Below, piece by piece: positions 49,059 through 58,699 of a stretch of DNA of 64,000 bases; within the stretch, counting starts at the first letter, position 1; each line of letters opens with the position of its first letter. The position numbers were made by a program, and so were the translations under genes. This stretch comes from Chitinophagales bacterium (GTDB lineage Bacteria; Bacteroidota; Bacteroidia; Chitinophagales; CAIOSU01). Location of the stretch: positions 9,040 to 73,039 of the forward strand of contig JBGTCY010000015.1 in the NCBI GenBank assembly GCA_041748615.1. Reading direction: 5' to 3'. Under the pieces are notes generated by a model, which saw only the letters and a list, made by a program, of their open reading frames with translations, was not told the DNA's origin and made no database searches.

Positions 49059-51688
49059 TTTTTTAGAATCTCTTTTAGCGAAAATATAAATACGAGTCTG
49101 GTTCCTTTGTTCGACTTTTCATCAATCGTGAATTTTCCGTTCCAGGTTTTCGCGCGTTCTTGCATTCCGAAAATTCCAAACTTGCCTGTTAGCGCCAAAT
49201 CTTTTTTACGGATTCCTCTTCCGTTATCTATGATTTCAAGATGAATTTCTTTTTCCTTCATATTCAGGTTCACAGAGGCTTCACTTGCACCGGAATGCCG
49301 GATGATATTGGTTAATGACTCCTGGATAATCCGGTAGATAGCCATCGCGAAACCTTCCTTCACAAGCAAATTTTCGATGTTATGATTGAAAAAAATCTGA
49401 ATGCCGCTGTTTTCGCGCAGGTTGTTAATCTGCCACTCGATGGCGGGGATTAAACCGAGATTATCCAACACGACCGGGCGCAACTGGTGGGCGAGATTGC
49501 GGGCGGAATTCAATGTTTGGCTTGAAAGATGAATCAGTGATTTCACTTTTTGATGCAATGGTTCCCATGCTGCAAGTTCATGTCCTTTTTGTTCCATGTA
49601 TTGTTGCATCCAAAACATGCCGAGCCTGATGGCGGTGAGTTCCTGCCCCAGTTCGTCATGAATTTCCATAGCGATATTTTTCTTTTCCTCCTCGCGGATG
49701 TTTTCAAGACGATGATAGAGCGCTTTCAGTTTTTTGTTGGTTTCCATCAGTTCGCGCTCAGCATTTTTTCTTTCGGTGATTTCAGAAATCATCAAAATGA
49801 GGTCTTTAATTTCATTGCCTGTTTTTATGGGTGATATCCTCACGTTGTACCAAAGAGTCATATGGTTAAAATCAACTAATGAAAACTCACCTTCCGCAAT
49901 TTTACCTGACCTTGCTTTTTTCAACATTTTTGACAAAATCTTGGTGTCATATTTAAAAGGTAATTCATAAATATGTTTGCCGATAATCTGCTCAGGCTTC
50001 AAAAATTTAAGGTAATTAATGAAAGTGACGCAGTCGTTTTCGTCAATGGTAACAACATACTGGGGAGCATTCTTCACCAATGAGCGCCATTTTTCTTCGG
50101 ATGCTTTCAGAGATTCTTCCGCTTCTTTTTGAGAAGTAAAATCCCGCACCAACACCACCACCTCTTCATTATCGCAGGGCGCTGAACGGGATTCGAAATA
50201 ATTTAAGCGGGAGGGATTCTCAAAATCAGGCAGGTAATATCCTAAGGTTTGCGTTTGGTTCGTTTTAAATGTTTCATGTATTAAATGATTGATTGATTTT
50301 GCAATGTCAGGGGGCATCACATCATTGATGGTCTTCCCCAGAAATTCTTCCGGAGGCAACAACGGGCCAAAAGATTCGGCAGGTTTAAAATCAATATAAA
50401 TTCCATTTCTGTCAATTCTGAAAATCATATCCGGAATAGCATTTACAAGCGCTGATTTATGCCGTTCGCTTTTCGCCAACGCTTCCTCAGCCAGCACTCT
50501 TTCTGTAATATCCGTTATTGAACCTACATACCCTTTGAAATTGCCGCTCTTATCAAACTCAGGTGTTGACTGGGTATAGACCCAGGTGGTTTTTCCGTCA
50601 GGAGAATTAATGCGATATTCCAGTTCAAATAATTTTTTGTGCTTTAAAGCAGTTTTCCATACGTTCAAACATTTTTCTTTATCCCTCGCGTCAATCGCTT
50701 CTGCCCAACCGTAGCCTAATGAGTTTTCAAAGGAAAGACCTGAAATCGAAGTCCATTTTTCATTGGCGTATGTGAAGAAACCTTTTTCATCGGTTCTGAA
50801 AATTCCCACAGGTGAGATTTGTGTCAACTGGCGATAGCGGAATTCGCTCTCCAACAAAGCGCGCTCCATCGCTTTACGTTCCGTGACATCGCGATAGTTG
50901 AGCAGGATGCCTTCAATGCCGGGCTGGTCAAACAGGTTGATACAACGCACTTCCAGATTTACCCATGTTTCGTTTTTATGTTTGAACTGAAGGGTGATTT
51001 CTACAAGTTTGTTTTTGGTTTTAAGCACTTTTTCCAAAGTTTGTCTCGCGCGATTTACATCTGCCGGATGCAACAAATTGAAGATGCTTCCCCCAACGCC
51101 TGATAGCGGACGATAGCCGAGAATACTCAGCAATGAAGGACTGTGATATTTCACTGTTCCCACTTCATTAATGATGGTGATGCCGTCAAAAGCATTTTCA
51201 ATCAGGCTGCGATAACGCTTGTCGCTTTCGGAGAGTGAGTTTTCTATTTCAACCTTTTCACTGACATCCCTGAAGTTGATAATAATCCCTTCAATCGCGG
51301 GTACTGCCAGCAGATTACGGGCTTCCATTTCAAGCCAGCGCCAACTGCCGTCACAGTGTTTAAAACGAATGACCGTATGCCTGGTTGTTTGCGGCTCGCG
51401 GATGAGACTTTGAAGAATGTCAAAACTTTTTTGAATATCATTGGGATGAATAGACTCAAAAACAGCTTTTCCTATGCCGGATTCCGCGTGTTGTCCAAGA
51501 ATTTTTGAGATATTCGGGCTGTAATATTTTACATTACCTTCCGCTGAAATGACGCCAATTCCTTCAAATGCATTTTCCAGGAGAATTTTGTAAAATTCAC
51601 CCGAATCACTTTTTGAATCCGGAAAATTATTTTGTTGTTGACCGGTTTTTTGAGCGGTGAGATTAGATGCCTCAACAGAATTCATCAT
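49055..51688 (-). CDS. Cytoplasmic multi-PAS sensor histidine kinase (HisKA_3/NarX-type + HATPase_c)
   Basis: About five PAS-like modules, each opening with Y[RK].L.ENA..GI, W.SLV or similar. The H-box reads IAMEIHDELGQELTAI, and the C-terminus is an ATPase domain. No obvious TM segments. Confidence 0.88.
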   Translation of the reverse strand: MMNSVEASNLTAQKTGQQQNNFPDSKSDSGEFYKILLENAFEGIGVISAEGNVKYYSPNISKILGQHAESGIGKAVFESIHPNDIQKSFDILQSLIREPQTTRHTVIRFKHCDGSWRWLEMEARNLLAVPAIEGIIINFRDVSEKVEIENSLSESDKRYRSLIENAFDGITIINEVGTVKYHSPSLLSILGYRPLSGVGGSIFNLLHPADVNRARQTLEKVLKTKNKLVEITLQFKHKNETWVNLEVRCINLFDQPGIEGILLNYRDVTERKAMERALLESEFRYRQLTQISPVGIFRTDEKGFFTYANEKWTSISGLSFENSLGYGWAEAIDARDKEKCLNVWKTALKHKKLFELEYRINSPDGKTTWVYTQSTPEFDKSGNFKGYVGSITDITERVLAEEALAKSERHKSALVNAIPDMIFRIDRNGIYIDFKPAESFGPLLPPEEFLGKTINDVMPPDIAKSINHLIHETFKTNQTQTLGYYLPDFENPSRLNYFESRSAPCDNEEVVVLVRDFTSQKEAEESLKASEEKWRSLVKNAPQYVVTIDENDCVTFINYLKFLKPEQIIGKHIYELPFKYDTKILSKMLKKARSGKIAEGEFSLVDFNHMTLWYNVRISPIKTGNEIKDLILMISEITERKNAERELMETNKKLKALYHRLENIREEEKKNIAMEIHDELGQELTAIRLGMFWMQQYMEQKGHELAAWEPLHQKVKSLIHLSSQTLNSARNLAHQLRPVVLDNLGLIPAIEWQINNLRENSGIQIFFNHNIENLLVKEGFAMAIYRIIQESLTNIIRHSGASEASVNLNMKEKEIHLEIIDNGRGIRKKDLALTGKFGIFGMQERAKTWNGKFTIDEKSNKGTRLVFIFSLKEILKK

Positions 51689-51696
51689 TCTTAAAG

Positions 51697-53457
51697 TTAA
51701 CGCACTTCGGCTTTGCGCGGAGCGGCTTTTTCGAGCGCGTCTAATTTTTTTCTGAAAAATGTGAGCTGCTCTTTGTTCTGATTGACATTCTCCTGCACAC
51801 CTTGCAGAAGGATATTTGTTTTTGAAGACTTGGCGAAAAAGCCCATGTTATTTTCCAGCTTGGCAATTTCATCTTCCAGGCTGCGGATTTTGTTGCGGAC
51901 AAATTTTCTTTCGTCATCCAGCAGCCGTGACGCGTCTGGAGCGTTTCTCATGCGTTCGAGTTTGTTGTTGTATTGCAGCAGTTCTTTGTCCGCGGGTTCC
52001 ATGCCCATCTTTTCGTAACAGGCGTCTAAAGTTTGCGTGTATTTTTTGAACAACGCTTCTTTTGAAGCATTGGGTACTTCACCGGCTTCGTCCCACTCAC
52101 GGGTGATGGCTTTGATGGCAGGCATCGCTTCTTTGGAAGCGATGGAGGGAATGAGTTCTTCTAATTTTTTGATAATCGCTTCGCGGGCGGCAAGGTTATT
52201 TTTCCTCGCATCTTCGGCAGCGGCAAAGTGTTGTTTTTTCGCTTCAAAGAAAAAATCGCAAGCAGCGCGGAAGCGTTTCCACAGTTGCTGTTCATCTTTA
52301 GGGTTGCCTGCCGGGCCTGATTTTTCCCATTGCTTTTGCAGGCGAATGAGTTGATGAGCCGTGTCGTCCCAGGCGGTGTTGTTTTGAAAGGCTTCCGCCT
52401 GCTCGCAGATTTTGAGTTTCGCCTGTTTGTTGGCAGTATTATCTTTTTTCAATGTTTCATAGAAGGCGCGTTTGCGTTCAAAAAAAACATTGCAGGCATT
52501 TCTGAACCGCTCCCAGATTGCATCCGCGTCTTCCTTGGAAGCTCTGCCGGTTTTTCGCCACTCGGTTTGGAAGTCGAGAATTTCTTTGGTTTTGCGTTCC
52601 CAGTTGCGGTGGGAGTTGAGTTCCTCAAAATCAAGGCTCTCCACTTTTTCACACAAGGCAACTTTCGCCTGGAGATTTTCCTCGTATTTTCTTTTCAGCG
52701 TTTCATAATGCCCGCGAATCTTCGCATAGACTTTATTGGTGAGATCGTTGAAGCGTTTGATGACTTCATCTTTTTTCGATGGCGTTACGGGTCCGATGTC
52801 GTACCAATCATTGTGAAACTTACGGATGAGCGTTTCCGCTTTTCGGATGGTTCTTTCCTGCAACAATTCTTCCATCTGCCGCAGGATATTTTCTTTTTCT
52901 TCGGTGTGTTTTTGCAGGTCGAGTTCCTTCATCCCCTGCGTGATGTGAATGAGATGGAAGAACCGCTCGCGCTGAAAGCGGTAGTCGCTTTCTAATTGTT
53001 GTTCTTCTTTTTTTTGCACATCTCCGGTGGCATTCCATTTATCGCGCAGTTCGCGGAATTGCTGAAAGGCTTTGCCCACGCTGTCGCCTTTTTCAATGAG
53101 GGCTTTGAGGTCGTCAATCACTTTGCGCTTGGCGTAGAGATTATCGAGGGTTTGCGCTTTTTGTTCTTCCCTGAATTTATCTTTCCGGTCGCGGAAAATA
53201 TTATAGAGTTCGGTGAACTTGCTGTCGGTTTTATCTTTTTGTAAAACGAAATCAGCCGCGTAGCCGCCATTGTCGAGGAATTCCTGCCGCTCTTCTTCTT
53301 CGCGCTCATCGTTGCGGGCTTTGTAGGCGGAGTCAATTTCTTCCACGACAGGAAGGAGTTCCTGAATGTCTTTTGATTTCAGTAATTCTTCAAATGCGCC
53401 AACAATTTCATCGCGGCTCAAGCCTGTAAATTCAGAGCTTTCTTCGTGTTTGTCCAT
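51697..53457 (-). CDS. DUF349 repeat protein
   Basis: Repeated about 75-aa helical units containing W...G........LW.RFR.A.D.FF..K. Confidence 0.8.
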   Translation of the reverse strand: MDKHEESSEFTGLSRDEIVGAFEELLKSKDIQELLPVVEEIDSAYKARNDEREEEERQEFLDNGGYAADFVLQKDKTDSKFTELYNIFRDRKDKFREEQKAQTLDNLYAKRKVIDDLKALIEKGDSVGKAFQQFRELRDKWNATGDVQKKEEQQLESDYRFQRERFFHLIHITQGMKELDLQKHTEEKENILRQMEELLQERTIRKAETLIRKFHNDWYDIGPVTPSKKDEVIKRFNDLTNKVYAKIRGHYETLKRKYEENLQAKVALCEKVESLDFEELNSHRNWERKTKEILDFQTEWRKTGRASKEDADAIWERFRNACNVFFERKRAFYETLKKDNTANKQAKLKICEQAEAFQNNTAWDDTAHQLIRLQKQWEKSGPAGNPKDEQQLWKRFRAACDFFFEAKKQHFAAAEDARKNNLAAREAIIKKLEELIPSIASKEAMPAIKAITREWDEAGEVPNASKEALFKKYTQTLDACYEKMGMEPADKELLQYNNKLERMRNAPDASRLLDDERKFVRNKIRSLEDEIAKLENNMGFFAKSSKTNILLQGVQENVNQNKEQLTFFRKKLDALEKAAPRKAEVR

Positions 53458-53499
53458 GACCCGGGTTTATTTCTGAGTTGTAAAAATAAAAGATTTGGA

Positions 53500-53590
53500 G
53501 ATGTGGTGATGAGATGATTTGATGATTAGCGGATGAGTTGATTAGCAGATGTGATAATTAGCAGATTTGTTGATGTGGTGATTAATGGCT
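53500..53590. repeat. Degenerate short tandem repeats (16-nt period, GATTAGCRGAT core x3, flanked by GATGTGGTGAT x2)
   Basis: GATTAGCGGAT at 53524, GATTAGCAGAT at 53540, AATTAGCAGAT at 53556. GATGTGGTGAT at 53500 and 53572. Confidence 0.7.
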
Positions 53591-53664
53591 GATAAAATTC
53601 ATCACTGTGGGCAGTGGGATGTACACTGTGGCCTGCGGATTGTCGGAGGTAAGGGGGTTAAATC

Positions 53665-53748
53665 GCGGGACGCTGCGAGTCAAAGCAAGGCATAGTCGTA
53701 CAGAGCAAGCGCAAAAAAAAGTCGTCCATTGTTCATCGTTAATGGTTT
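53665..53748. repeat. Interspersed repeat family R4, copy 2
   Basis: The core TCAAAGCAAGGCATAGTCGTACAGAGCAAGCGC (53680-53712) matches 30803-30835. Confidence 0.8.
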
Positions 53749-53923
53749 GATGAAATGGCGCTATTTTGTTTTTTCACCATACCAATCAATATTTCTTGAA
53801 AAATACATCACTGCGGTAAGTTTTATTATTAATTGCTGCTTTGCATCATTCAAAAGTTGTACACCTGCAATTTCTGATTTGCATACATGCCGATTCTTTC
53901 CGTTCTTGGCGGAAAAATAATGT

Positions 53924-54244
53924 ATGTCCTGGATGATTCTCATTATTGCCGGATTTTTTGAAGTCGGCTTTACAACCTGCATGAAACTGTCGGAAAACTT
54001 TACGATCTGGAAGTGGACGGTCGGGTTTTTTGTCTGCGCGATTATCAGTTTTTACTTACTAAGTAAAGCCATCGAAACCATCCCGATAGGAACGGGCTAT
54101 GCGGTGTGGACAGGCATCGGTGCGGTAGGTACTGTGCTGATTGGGATTTTGTTTTTTGATGAGCCAACGGATTTCAAAAGGATGTTTTTTATTTTTCTGC
54201 TGATTGCTTCCATTATCGGATTAAGAGTCGTGTCGTTGAAGTGA
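53924..54244 (+). CDS. sugE: SMR-family small multidrug resistance protein, SugE/Gdx subtype
   Basis: 106 aa, 4 TM helices, conserved Glu in TM1 (AGFFEVGFT) and the ..IPIGTGYAVWTGIGAVGT motif. Confidence 0.9.
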   Translation: MSWMILIIAGFFEVGFTTCMKLSENFTIWKWTVGFFVCAIISFYLLSKAIETIPIGTGYAVWTGIGAVGTVLIGILFFDEPTDFKRMFFIFLLIASIIGLRVVSLK

Positions 54245-54264
54245 AATGAGAATAACTTTACCGC

Positions 54265-55008
54265 ATGTTAAAAATCGGCATCCCTTCTTCCTTTTTTTAT
54301 CCCGACCCGCAGCGGGTGGTTTTCGGACATAAAACCCTGTGTTATATTGAAAAAGATATGGCTCGGTTTCTCGCGAGAAAAAACGTGATGCCCGTGCTGA
54401 TTCCCGATTTGGAAGGAGATGACATGAAACGGTTTCTTGATGAAATAGACGGATTAGTCTTGCAGGGAGGAACAGATTTAGCGCCTGAAACTTACGGTGA
54501 AACTCCCATCGGCAAATGGCTGGGCGATAAATTCAGGGATGATTATGAATTGGCAATCCTTGATTATTTCATCAAGCAAAACAAACCCGTTTTGGGGATT
54601 TGCCGCGGGCTGCAACTGCTCAACGTCTATTTCGGTGGAACGCTTTACCAGGATATTCAAACTCAAAAGCCGGATGCCATTCAGCATCGTGACGCGGAGC
54701 GGTATGACCAATTAACGCATTCGATTTCATTTTTTGAAGGAAAACTTTTCGCTCAATTGCATCAGGCGGATACGGGAACAAAAGTGATTAGCGTGCATCA
54801 TCAGGCAATCAAAGATTTGGGGAAAGATTTGGAGCCGCTTGCTTATTGTTCGGATGATGGCATCATCGAGGCGTTTTGCTGGAAGGGCACGGAGCCGGGA
54901 AAAGTGCTGGCGGTGCAGTGGCATCCTGAATTTTCCTACAACTATCAGGGCAGCGGGTTGATTGATGGAGAAAAGGCTTATGAGGTGTTTTTGGGATTTT
55001 GCACTTGA
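54265..55008 (+). CDS. Gamma-glutamyl-GABA hydrolase-like class I glutamine amidotransferase (peptidase C26, PuuD family)
   Basis: Nucleophile elbow GICRGLQLLNV. The His-Glu of the catalytic triad lies in VQWHPE. Confidence 0.82.
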   Translation: MLKIGIPSSFFYPDPQRVVFGHKTLCYIEKDMARFLARKNVMPVLIPDLEGDDMKRFLDEIDGLVLQGGTDLAPETYGETPIGKWLGDKFRDDYELAILDYFIKQNKPVLGICRGLQLLNVYFGGTLYQDIQTQKPDAIQHRDAERYDQLTHSISFFEGKLFAQLHQADTGTKVISVHHQAIKDLGKDLEPLAYCSDDGIIEAFCWKGTEPGKVLAVQWHPEFSYNYQGSGLIDGEKAYEVFLGFCT

Positions 55009-55061
55009 AAACTAATTCTACGGGGTGTATAATTATTGCAGGTGTTACCATTTTATTCTAT

Positions 55062-55093
55062 TAGGGACAAGGGACGGGTGTCGAGGGACGGCA
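55062..55093 (+). repeat. Interspersed repeat family R3, copy 2
   Basis: TAGGGACAAGGGACGGGTGTCGAGGGACGGCA has 3 mismatches to 47567-47598. Confidence 0.8.
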
Positions 55094-55227
55094 ACAAGGA
55101 ATTAGCTTAACAATGTTTTCATAAAAGCTGCAATAAAACCCATCTGCTGTTTTTAGATTGCCATAAAAATCAATATTCATAACTTATTCGTGGTTAGAAA
55201 TAATTTTAACAACAAAATCAAATTAAA

Positions 55228-56619
55228 ATGCCGACTGAAACATTGACTTCCACTTTGAAAATATTCAATCCCGCTACAGGTGAGCTACTGAAGGAAATTC
55301 CGGAAACTTCTCAGGAAAATATTCAGAAAAAATTTGAGCAGGCGAAAACCGCTCAAAAATCATGGGCATCTGTTTCGTTGAAACAACGCATTGAGGCGAT
55401 AGCGTCATTTGAAAAGTTGCTGGAATCGAATCTTGAGTCATTGTCGCGCACGCTCACCAGCGAAGTCGGGAAGCCCATCAAGCAATCACGCAATGAAATT
55501 GCCGGAGCAAGAAGGCGCATCCGATTTTTTTTAGAACAATCGGAAAAATGGCTCGCGGATGAAACGGTTTATGAAGAACCCGGACTCACGGAAAAAATTT
55601 CATACGAACCCTTAGGCGTTATCGTGAATATCTCCGCGTGGAATTATCCCTATTTAGTGGGAGTAAATGTGATTGTTCCGGCTCTCATCGCGGGGAACGC
55701 GGTGTTGTATAAACCTTCGGAATTCAGCACCCTGACCGGTATTGAAATCGGGCGCTTGTTACATGAAGCAGGTATTCCGAAAGAGGTGTTTCATGTCGTC
55801 ATTGGCGGAAAAAATGCCGGTGAAATATTGCTTGATTTGCCGTTGAACGGATATTTCTTTACCGGCTCCTACAAAACCGGTCAGTACATTTACGAGCGGG
55901 TTGCTCCAAAGATGGTACCCTGTCAGTTGGAGTTGGGCGGCAAAGACCCGCTGTATGTTCCCGCTGATAACAACGATGTGAAAGCCGTTGCCGCAGCCGC
56001 TGCCGATGGCGCGTTTTACAACAACGGACAAAGCTGCTGCGCGGTGGAAAGAATCTATGTCCATGAAAATATTTATGATGAGTTTGTAAAACATTTTACT
56101 GAAGAAGTGAAAAGTTTCAGGGTTGGGAAGCCGGAGGATGAGTCGACTTACATTGGCGCATTAACACGCAGTCAACAACTCGACTTTTTGGAAATGCAGG
56201 TAAGAGACGCTGTTGAAAAAGGCGCGCAGGTTTTAACCGGAGGAAAAAAAATCGAAGGTGACGGGAATTATTATGAGCCGACAGTTTTGGTTGACGTAAA
56301 TCATTCGATGAGTGTGATGATGGAAGAATCATTTGGTCCGCTCATCGGAATTCAGAAAGTAAAAAATGATGAAGCAGCAATCTCATTGATGCAGGATACC
56401 GCATACGGATTGACATCATCCGTGTATTGCGATAAAAAAGAAACCGCTGACAAAATTCTGCGGCAGATGGATTCTGGAACAGTTTACTGGAATTGCTGCG
56501 ACCGTGTGAGCGCGAATCTGCCCTGGTCAGGAAGGAAAAACTCCGGGATTGGCGCGACACTTTCCTATCATGGCATCCGGGCTTTCGTGAAACCGAAGGC
56601 ATATCATTTAAAAGGATAA
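55228..56619 (+). CDS. NAD(P)-dependent aldehyde dehydrogenase family protein
   Basis: 463 aa. Catalytic Glu in ELGGKDP and catalytic Cys in NNGQSCCAVER. Confidence 0.9.
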   Translation: MPTETLTSTLKIFNPATGELLKEIPETSQENIQKKFEQAKTAQKSWASVSLKQRIEAIASFEKLLESNLESLSRTLTSEVGKPIKQSRNEIAGARRRIRFFLEQSEKWLADETVYEEPGLTEKISYEPLGVIVNISAWNYPYLVGVNVIVPALIAGNAVLYKPSEFSTLTGIEIGRLLHEAGIPKEVFHVVIGGKNAGEILLDLPLNGYFFTGSYKTGQYIYERVAPKMVPCQLELGGKDPLYVPADNNDVKAVAAAAADGAFYNNGQSCCAVERIYVHENIYDEFVKHFTEEVKSFRVGKPEDESTYIGALTRSQQLDFLEMQVRDAVEKGAQVLTGGKKIEGDGNYYEPTVLVDVNHSMSVMMEESFGPLIGIQKVKNDEAAISLMQDTAYGLTSSVYCDKKETADKILRQMDSGTVYWNCCDRVSANLPWSGRKNSGIGATLSYHGIRAFVKPKAYHLKG

Positions 56620-56638
56620 TTCAATTTTAAAAAAGCTG

Positions 56639-57124
56639 ATGACATCCAGGGAATATTTCAAAACGCTCAAAACAATCTATAGCGCATTTCTCGCTGGGCA
56701 GGTGTTATTCGCGCTCGTGATAGTCTTTTTGGTTTATGAAACAATGACCACGTCTTTTGAAGATGAGTTTACGCAAATCTTATTGATGGTTTTTGCAGCT
56801 GTTTCGGTGGGTTCGGTGACTACCGGTTTTATTTTATTCAATCAAAAAATGGAAGCTGCACAAGCAAAAAGCTGGCTGAATGAAAAGCTGGCTGATTTCC
56901 GGACAGCGATGCTGATTAAAGTAGCGCTCATGGAAGGTCCCGCGCTTTTCGCGATTGTGGGATTGTTGATGACAGCGAATGTCTATTTTTTTGCGTTAGC
57001 AGCGCTGCTGATTGTTCTGCAATTACCCGGTTTTCCGACAAAGTTTCATGTCATCGAAAAACTGCGGTTGAGTCATGATGAACGGAAAGTGATTGAAAAC
57101 CCGGATGGGGTTGTGGGGAAGTGA
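56639..57124 (+). CDS. Hypothetical membrane protein (about 4 TM)
   Basis: Hydrophobic helices. No family recognised. Confidence 0.5.
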   Translation: MTSREYFKTLKTIYSAFLAGQVLFALVIVFLVYETMTTSFEDEFTQILLMVFAAVSVGSVTTGFILFNQKMEAAQAKSWLNEKLADFRTAMLIKVALMEGPALFAIVGLLMTANVYFFALAALLIVLQLPGFPTKFHVIEKLRLSHDERKVIENPDGVVGK

Positions 57125-57151
57125 AATCAGTTTGTACGTTTATCTATTTCG

Positions 57152-58699
57152 CTACACTAATACCTCTTCTCCTGTCTTTTTATCAATAAAATGATATTCG
57201 GTGAGATGGTAGTCAGCATTGGGGCGAATATCAATTGATTTTTTATACCGCCACATCCATTTCAGTCGGATAGAAGGAACGCCCTGCCGCAAAAACGCTG
57301 TGATAAACGGATGCGCCACAATGTCAACCTGCTTTCCCTTGTCCATCAGCGCTTCAAAATCGCGTTGCAGAATATCAGTAACTAAAATGGAGGCTTCGAT
57401 TTTACCGGAGCCGTTGCAGGCAGGACAAAGTTCCTGCGTGATGATGCTGACCTGCGGACGCGTTCTTTCGCGGGTGATTTGCATGACGCCAAACTTGCTC
57501 AATGGCAACACGGTATGCCGCGCACGGTCGCTTTTCATCAGGTCGCGGACATGGTTGAAAAGTATTTTGCGATTACCCGGATTCCGCAAGTCAATAAAAT
57601 CCACCACGATGATGCCTCCCAAATCCCGCAGCCGGAGCTGGCGTACGACTTCCTTTGCCGCTTCCATATTCACTTTCAGCGCGGTAGTTTCCTGGTCTTG
57701 CTGCTTGCCCATTTTCTGCCCGCTGTTCACGTCAATCACGTGCATCGCTTCGGTATGTTCAATCACTAAGTATGCGCCTCCGGGAATGGTTACCGTTTTC
57801 CCGAACAAAGATTTTATCTGACGCGTGATGCCGTAGTGGTCGAAAATCGGTTTCGGACCTTTGTGCAGGCTGACAATGTCTTTCTTTTCGGGTGCGATTT
57901 TTTCAATGTATTCATCCAACTCATCTTTTATCAAAGGGTCATTCACCACCACGCCATTGAATGAATCATTCAGGAGGTCGCGCAGAATACCGGATGATTT
58001 GCGGATTTCATTATGAATTTTAGCAGGTGGTACCGCTCCTTTCAGGTTTTTGATGAGCATCTCCCATTTCAGCACCAGACCGTTCAGGTCGTCATGCAAT
58101 TCGGCTGCGCTTTTTCCTTCGGCAACCGTTCGCACCACCACTCCGAAATTTTTTGGACGGATGCTTTCCATCAACCGTTGCAGCCGTTTTCTTTCATCAG
58201 ACGATGGAATTTTTTTGGATACTCCGATGGATTCATTCATTGGAAGCAATACCAAAAATCTGCCGGGCAGCGAAATTTCGCAGGTAAGGCGCGGTCCTTT
58301 GGTGCTGATGGGTTCTTTCAGGATTTGCACCAGCACTGAATTTTTCGATTGCAGCACTTCGTTGACCTTGCCGGTTTTGATGATTTCGGGCTCATACTTC
58401 AGCTTGTTCAACGTCAGGTAAGATTCGTCACCGGCAATGGATGCCTTCACGATTTTACTCAATGTTTTGAACTGCGGACTGAGGTCTGTATAATGCAGGA
58501 AAGCGTCTTTCGAGAAGCCTACATCCACGAAGGCGGCATTCAGGCTTGGCGCGAGTTTGTTGATTTTGCCAAGATAAATATCGCCCACGCTGAACTCATG
58601 GTCTCCGTTTTCATGGTGAATTTCCACCAATCCCTTGTCTTCCATCAATGCGATATCCACCTTTTCGGTTGTAGCATTGATAATTAATTCCCTATTCAA
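57152..58699 (-). CDS. rng: Ribonuclease E/G family endoribonuclease (RNase G-like)
   Basis: 515 aa. N-terminal S1 domain (GDIYLGKINKLAPSLNAAFVDVG), catalytic core (VIDVNSG...EAAKEVVRQLRLRDLGGIIVVDFID) and a Zn-link CPACNGSG. TTG start. Confidence 0.92.
   Translation of the reverse strand: MNRELIINATTEKVDIALMEDKGLVEIHHENGDHEFSVGDIYLGKINKLAPSLNAAFVDVGFSKDAFLHYTDLSPQFKTLSKIVKASIAGDESYLTLNKLKYEPEIIKTGKVNEVLQSKNSVLVQILKEPISTKGPRLTCEISLPGRFLVLLPMNESIGVSKKIPSSDERKRLQRLMESIRPKNFGVVVRTVAEGKSAAELHDDLNGLVLKWEMLIKNLKGAVPPAKIHNEIRKSSGILRDLLNDSFNGVVVNDPLIKDELDEYIEKIAPEKKDIVSLHKGPKPIFDHYGITRQIKSLFGKTVTIPGGAYLVIEHTEAMHVIDVNSGQKMGKQQDQETTALKVNMEAAKEVVRQLRLRDLGGIIVVDFIDLRNPGNRKILFNHVRDLMKSDRARHTVLPLSKFGVMQITRERTRPQVSIITQELCPACNGSGKIEASILVTDILQRDFEALMDKGKQVDIVAHPFITAFLRQGVPSIRLKWMWRYKKSIDIRPNADYHLTEYHFIDKKTGEEVLV

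Noticed and set aside
53640-53700. GGGACGC within ATCGCGGGACGCTGCGAGT considered as a mini-ykkC (guanidine-II) ACGR-loop hairpin upstream of sugE.
   Set aside because: The flanking bases do not form the required G-C-rich stem closing an ACGR tetraloop. There is no second partner hairpin, and the sequence is part of the R4 repeat also found next to guaB.
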